Source: Eledone cirrhosa
Taxonomy: Eukaryota
Length of the DNA: 64,000 nt
Assembly (NCBI GenBank): GCA_964016885.1
Contig: OZ024744.1
Location: forward strand, 92,752,001 to 92,816,000
Direction of reading: 5' to 3'
Shown: piece after piece, positions 57,901 to 64,000 of the stretch
Layout: each line of letters begins with the position of its first letter
How positions within the stretch are numbered: position 1 is the stretch's first letter
The notes under the pieces: generated by a model
Told to the model about the DNA's origin: nothing
The model's input: only the letters and a program-made list of their open reading frames with translations
The model's database searches: none
Program-made: the position numbers and the translations under genes

Positions 57901-60900
57901 TCTCTTGGTATCAGTCTCTTGGTATCAGTCTCTTGGTATCAGTCTCTTGGTATCAACCTCTTGGTATCAACCTCTTGGTATCAGTCCCTTGGTATCAGTC
58001 TCTTGGTATCAGTCTCTTGGTAAAAGTCTCTTGGTATCGGTCTCTTGGTATCAGTCTCTTGGTATCAGTCTCTTGGTATCAACCTCTTGGTATCATTCTC
58101 TTGGTATCAGTCTCTTGGTATCAGTCTCTTGGTATCAGTCTCTTGGTGTCAGTCTCTTGGTATCGACCTCTTGGTATCAGTCTCTTGGTATCAGTCTCTT
58201 GGTATCAACCTCTTGGTATCAGTCTTTTGGTATCAACATCTTGTTATCAGCCTCTTGGTATCTACCTCTTGGTATCAACCTCTTGGTAGCAGACTCTTGG
58301 TATCAGTCCCTTGGTATCAGTCTCTTGGTATCAGTCTCTTGGTAAAAGTCTCTTGGTATCGGTCTCTTGGTATCAGTCTCTTGGTATCAGTCTCTTGGTA
58401 TCAGTCTCTTGGTATCAGTCTATTGGTATAAGTCTCTTGGTATCAGTCTCTTGGTATCAACCTCTTGGTATCAACATCTTGGTATCAGTCTCTTGGTATC
58501 AGTCTCGTGGTATCAGTCTCTTGGTGTCAGTCTCTTGGTATCGACCTCTTGGTATCAGTCTCTTGGTATCAACCTCTTGGTATCAGTCTCTTGGTATCAG
58601 TCTCTTGGTATCAGCCTCTTGGTATCAGTCTATTGGTATCAGTCTCTTGGTATCAGTCTCTTGGTATCAGTCTCTTGGTATCAGTCTCTTGGTATCAGTC
58701 TCTTGGTATCAGTCTCTTGGTATCAGTCTCTTGGTATCAACCTCTTGGTATCATTCTCTTGGTATCAGTCTCTTGGTATCAGTCTCTTGGTATCAGTCTC
58801 TTGGTGTCAGTCTCTTGGTATCGACCTCTTGGTATCAGCCTCTTGGTGTCAGTCTCTTGGTATCAGTCTCTTGGTATCAAGCTCTTGGTATCAGACTTTT
58901 GGTATCAGCCACTTGGTATCAACCTCTTGGTATCAACCTCTTGGTATCAGTCTCTTGGTATCAGTCTCTTAGTATCAACCTCTTGGTATCAGTCTCTTGG
59001 TATCAACATCTTGGTATCAGCCTCTTGGTATCAGCCTCTTGGTATCAACCTCTTGGTATCAACCTCTTGGTATTAGCCTCTTGGTATCAGGTTCTTGGTA
59101 TCAGGTTCTTGGTATCAGGTTCTTGGTATCAGCCTCTTGGTATCAACCTCTTGGTATCAACCTCTTGGTATCAGCCTCTTGGTATCAGGTTCTTGGTATC
59201 AGGTTCTTGGTATCAGGTTCTTGGTATCAGCCTCTTGGGATCAACCTCTTGGAATCAGCCTCTTGGTATCAGCCACTTGGTATCAGCCTCTTGGTATCAG
59301 TCAATTGGCATCAGGCTCTTGGTATCGACCTCTTGGTATCGAACTCTTGGTATCAACCTCTTGGTAGCAGCCTCTTGGTATCAGGTTCTTGGTATAACCC
59401 ATTTGGTATCAGTCTCTTGATATCAACCTCTTGGTAGCAGCCTCTTGGTATCAACTTCTTGGTATTAGCCTCTTGGTATCAACCTCTTGGTATCAGACTC
59501 TTGGTATCAGTCTCTTGGTATCAGTCTCTTGGTATCAGTCTCTTGGTATCAACCTCTTGGTATCAGTCTCTTGGTATCAGTCTCTTGGTATCAGTCTCTT
59601 GGTATCAACCTCTTGGTATCAGTCTCTTGATATCAACCTCTTCGTATCAGCCTCTTCGTTTCTACCTCTTGGTATCAACCTCTTGGTAGCAGCCTCTTGG
59701 TATCAACCTATTGGTATCATCTCTTGGTATCAGCCACTTGGTATCAAACTCTTGGTATCAGTCTCTTGGTATCAGTCTCTTGGTATCAGTCTCTTGGTAT
59801 CAACCTCTTGGTATCAGTCTCTTGGTATCAACCTCTTGGTATCAGCCTCTTGGTATCTACCTCTTGGTATCAACCTCTTGGTAGCAGCCTCTTGGTATCA
59901 GTCTCTTGGTATCAACCTCTTGGTATCAACCTCTTGGTATCAGTCTCTTGGTATCAGTCTCTTGGTATCAGTCTCTTGGTATCAACCTCTTCGTATCAGC
60001 CTCTTCGTTTCTACCTCTTGGTATCAACCTCTTGGTAGCAGCCTCTTGGTATCAACCTATTGGTATCATCTCTTGGTATCAGCCACTTGGTATCAAACTC
60101 TTGGTATCAGTCTCTTGGTATCAACCTCTTGGTATCAGTCTCTTGGTATCAGTCTCTTGGTATCAGTCTCTTGGTATCAACCTCTTGGTATCAGCCTCTT
60201 GGTATCTACCTCTTGGTATCAACTTCTTGGTAGCAGCCTCTTGGTATCAGTCTCTGGGTATCAACCTCTTGGTATCAGTCTCTTGGTATCAGTCTCTTGG
60301 TATCAGTCTCTTGGTATCAGTCTCTTGGTATCAGTCTCTTGGTATCAGTCTCTTGGTATCAGTCTCTTGGTATCAACCTCTTGGTATCAACCTCTTGGTA
60401 TCAGTCCCTTGGTATCAGTCTCTTGGTATCAGTCTCTTGGTAAAAGTCTCTTGGTATCGGTCTCTTGGTATCAGTCTCTTGGTATCAGTCTCTTGGTATC
60501 AACCTCTTGGTATCATTCTCTTGGTATCAGTCTCTTGGTATCAGTCTCTTGGTATCAGTCTCTTGGTGTCAGTCTCTTGGTATCGACCTCTTGGTATCAG
60601 TCTCTTGGTATCAGTCTCTTGGTATCAACCTCTTGGTATCAGTCTTTTGGTATCAACATCTTGTTATCAGCCTCTTGGTATCTACCTCTTGGTATCAACC
60701 TCTTGGTAGCAGCCTCTTGGTATCAGTCCCTTGGTATCAGTCTCTTGGTATCAGTCTCTTGGTAAAAGTCTCTTGGTATCGGTCTCTTGGTATCAGTCTC
60801 TTGGTATCAGTCTCTTGGTATCAGTCTCTTGGTATCAGTCTATTGGTATAAGTCTCTTGGTATCAGTCTCTTGGTATCAACCTCTTGGTATCAACCTCTT

Positions 60901-63900
60901 GGTATCAGTCTCTTGGTATCAGTCTCGTGGTATCAGTCTCTTGGTGTCAGTCTCTTGGTATCGACCTCTTGGTATCAGTCTCTTGGTATCAACCTCTTGG
61001 TATCAGTCTCTTGGTATCAGTCTCTTGGTATCAGCCTCTTGGTATCAGTCTATTGGTATCAGTCTATTGGTATCAGTCTCTTGGTATCAGTCTCTTGGTA
61101 TCAGTCTCTTAGTATCAGTCTCTTGGTATCAGTCTCTTGGTATCAGTCTCTTGGTATCAACCTCTTGGTATCATTTTCTTGGTATCAGTCTCTTGGTATC
61201 AGTCTCTTGGTATCAGTCTCTTGGTGTCAGTCTCTTGGTATCGACCTCTTGGTATCAGCCTCTTGGTGTTAGTCTCTTGGTATCAGTCTCTTGGTATCAA
61301 GCTCTTGGTATCAGACTTTTGGTATCAGCCACTTGGTATCAACCTCTTGGTATCAACCTCTTGGTATCAGTCTCTTGGTATCAGTCTCTTAGTATCAACC
61401 TCTTGGTATCAGTCTCTTGGTATCAACATCATGGTATCAGCCTCTTGGTATCAGCCTCTTGGTATCAACCTCTTGGTATCAACCTCTTGGTATTAGCCTC
61501 TTGGTATCAGGTTCTTGGTATCAGGTTCTTGGTATCAGGTTCTTGGTATCAGCCTCTTGGTATCAACCTCTTGGTATCAACCTCTTGGTATCAGCCTCTT
61601 GGTATCAGGTTCTTGGTATCAGGTTCTTGGTATCAGGTTCTTGGTATCAGCCTCTTGGGATCAACCTCTTGGAATCAGCCTCTTGGTATCAGCCACTTGG
61701 TATCAGCCTCTTGGTATCAGTCAATTGGCATCAGGCTCTTGGTATCGACCTCTTGGTATCGAACTCTTGGTATCAACCTCTTGGTAGCAGCCTCTTGGTA
61801 TCAGGTTCTTGGTATAACCCATTTGGTATCAGTCTCTTGATATCAACCTCTTGGTAGCAGCCTCTTGGTATCAACTTCTTGGTATCAGCCTCTTGGTATC
61901 AACCTCTTGGTATCAGACTCTTGGTATCAGTCTCTTGGTATCAGTCTCTTGGTATCAGTCTCCTGGTATCAACCTCTTGGTATCAGCCTCTTGGTATCAA
62001 CCTCTTGGTATCAGTCTCTTGGCATCAACCTCTTCTTATCAGCTTCTTCGCATCTACCTCTTGGTATCAACCTCATGGTAGCAGCCTCTTGGTATGAACC
62101 TCTTGGTATCAGTCTCTTGGTATCAGCCACTTGGTATCTACCTCTTGGTATCAACCTCTTGGTATCAGTCTCTTGGTATCAGTCTCTTGGTATCAGTCTC
62201 TTGGTATCAGTCTCTTGGTATCAGTTTCTTGGTATTAGTCTCTTGGTATCAGTCTCTTGGTATAAACCTCTTGGTATCAGTCATTGGTATCGACCTCTTG
62301 GTATCTGCCTCTTGGTATCAACCTCTTGGTATCAGTCTCTTGGTATCAGTCTCTTGGTATCAGCCTCTTGGTATCAGTCTCTTGGTATCAGTCTCTTGGT
62401 ATCAGTCTCTTGGTATCAGTCTCTTGGTATCAACCTCTTGGTATCAGTCTCTTGGTATTAGTCTCTTGGTATCAGTCTCTTGGTATCAGTCTCTTGGTAT
62501 CAGTCTCTTGGTATCAGAATCTTGGTATCAGTCTCTTGGTATCAGTCTCTTGGTATCAGTCTCTTGGTATCAGTCTCTTGGTATCAGTCTCTTGGTATCA
62601 GTCTCTTGGTATCAGTCTCTTGGTATCAGTCTCTTGGTATCACTCTCTTGGTATCAGTCTCTTGGTATCAACTTCTTGGTATCAGTCTATTGGTATCAGG
62701 CTCTTGGTATCGACCTCTTGGTATCGACCTCTTGGTATCAACCTCTTGGTAGCAGCCTCTTGGTAACAGGTTCTTGGTATCAGTCTATTGGTATCAATCT
62801 ATTGGTATAACCCATTTTGTATCAGTCTCTTGGTATCAACCTCTTGGTATCAGCCTCTTGGTATCAACCTCTTGGTATCAGTCTCTTGGTATCAACCTCT
62901 TGGTATCAGCCTCTTCGTATCTACCTCTTGGTATCAACCTCATGGTAGCAGCCTCTTGGTATCAACCTCTTGGTATCTACCTCTTGGTATCAGCCACTTG
63001 GTATCAACCTCTTGGTATCAGCCTCTTGGTATCTACCACTTGGTATCAGTCTCTTGGTATCAGTCTCTTGGTATCAGTCTCTTGGTATCAGTCTCTTGGT
63101 ATCAACCTCTTGGTATCATTCTCTTGGTATCAGTCTCTTGGTATCAGTCTCTTGGTATCAACCTCTTGGTATCATTCTCTTGGTATCAACCTCTTGGTAT
63201 CAGCCTCTTGGTATCTACCTCTTGGTATCAACCTCTTGGTAGCAGCCTCTTGGTATCAGTCTCTTGGTATCAACCTCTTGGTATCAACCTCTTGGTATCA
63301 GTCTCTTGGTATCAGTCTCTTGGTATCAGTCTCTTGGTATCAGTCTCTTGGTATCAGTCTCTTGGTATCAGTCTCTTGGTATCAGTCTCTTGGTATCAGT
63401 CTCTTGGTATCAGTCATTGGTATCGACCTCTTGGTATCAGCCTCTTGGTATCAACCTCTTGGTATCAGTCTCTTGGTATCAGTCTCTTGGTATCAGTCTC
63501 TTGGTATCAGCCTCTTGGTATCAGTCTCTTGGTATCAGTCTCTTGGTATCAGTCTCTTGGTATCAGTCTCTTGGTATCAGTCTCTTGGTATCAGTCTCTT
63601 GGTATCAGCCTCTTGGTATCAGTCTCTTGGTATCAGTCTCTTGGTATCAGTCTCTTGGTATCAGTCTCTTGGTATCAGTCTCTTGGTATCAGTCTCTTGG
63701 TATCAACCTCTTGGTATCAACCTCTTGGTATCAGTCTCTTGGTATCAGTCTCTTGGTATCAGTCTCTTGGTATCAGTCTCTTGGTATCAGTCTCTTGGTA
63801 TCAGTCATTGGTATCGACCTCTTGGTATCAGCCACTTGGTATCAACCTCTTGGTATCAGTCTCTTGGTATCAGTCTCTTGGTATCAGTCTCTTGGTATCA

Positions 63901-64000
63901 GCCTCTTGGTATCAGTCTCTTGGTATCAGTCTCTTGGTATCAGTCTCTTGGTATCAGTCTCTTGGTATCAGTCTCTTGGTATCAACCCCTTGGTATCAGT
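42920..64000. repeat. 14-bp satellite (GGTATCAGTCTCTT and variants), >21 kb, runs off the window
   Basis: About 1500 units; variants aacc, agcc, aggt, tacc, gacc; no interrupting elements seen. Confidence 0.98.

Noticed and set aside
42891-63242. Many long + strand ORFs (SWYQSLGISLLV repeats)
   Set aside because: The 14-mer has no stop on + and cycles through all frames; no unique coding sequence
42920-64000. CRISPR-like array, or TGGTATCAG/TGGTAGCAG resembling a tRNA-iMet PBS
   Set aside because: No unique spacers or cas genes; the 9-nt PBS similarity does not extend and is likely chance

Overview
AT-rich eukaryotic repeat DNA with no supportable host gene. The SINE/RTE/(TA)n/(CAT)n content suggests a cephalopod such as Octopus (inference). 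Bases 1-42.9 kb are a mosaic of Penelope-like retroelements (PLE; RT + GIY-YIG), RTE and L1/Tx1 LINE remnants, tRNA-derived SINEs, a non-autonomous tRNA-Trp-primed LTR element, MITEs and mini/microsatellites. From 42.9 kb to the window end is a >21 kb 14-bp satellite with higher-order structure. The main hidden signal is about 13 well-formed type I hammerhead ribozymes (HHRs) of at least 7 sequence families, folded by eye. They include non-coding ~523-565 bp greater-than-unit-length repeats (retrozyme-like) with unusually long stem III, a fully covarying stem I and shared hairpin motifs. No database search or folding program was run, so novelty and activity are untested.
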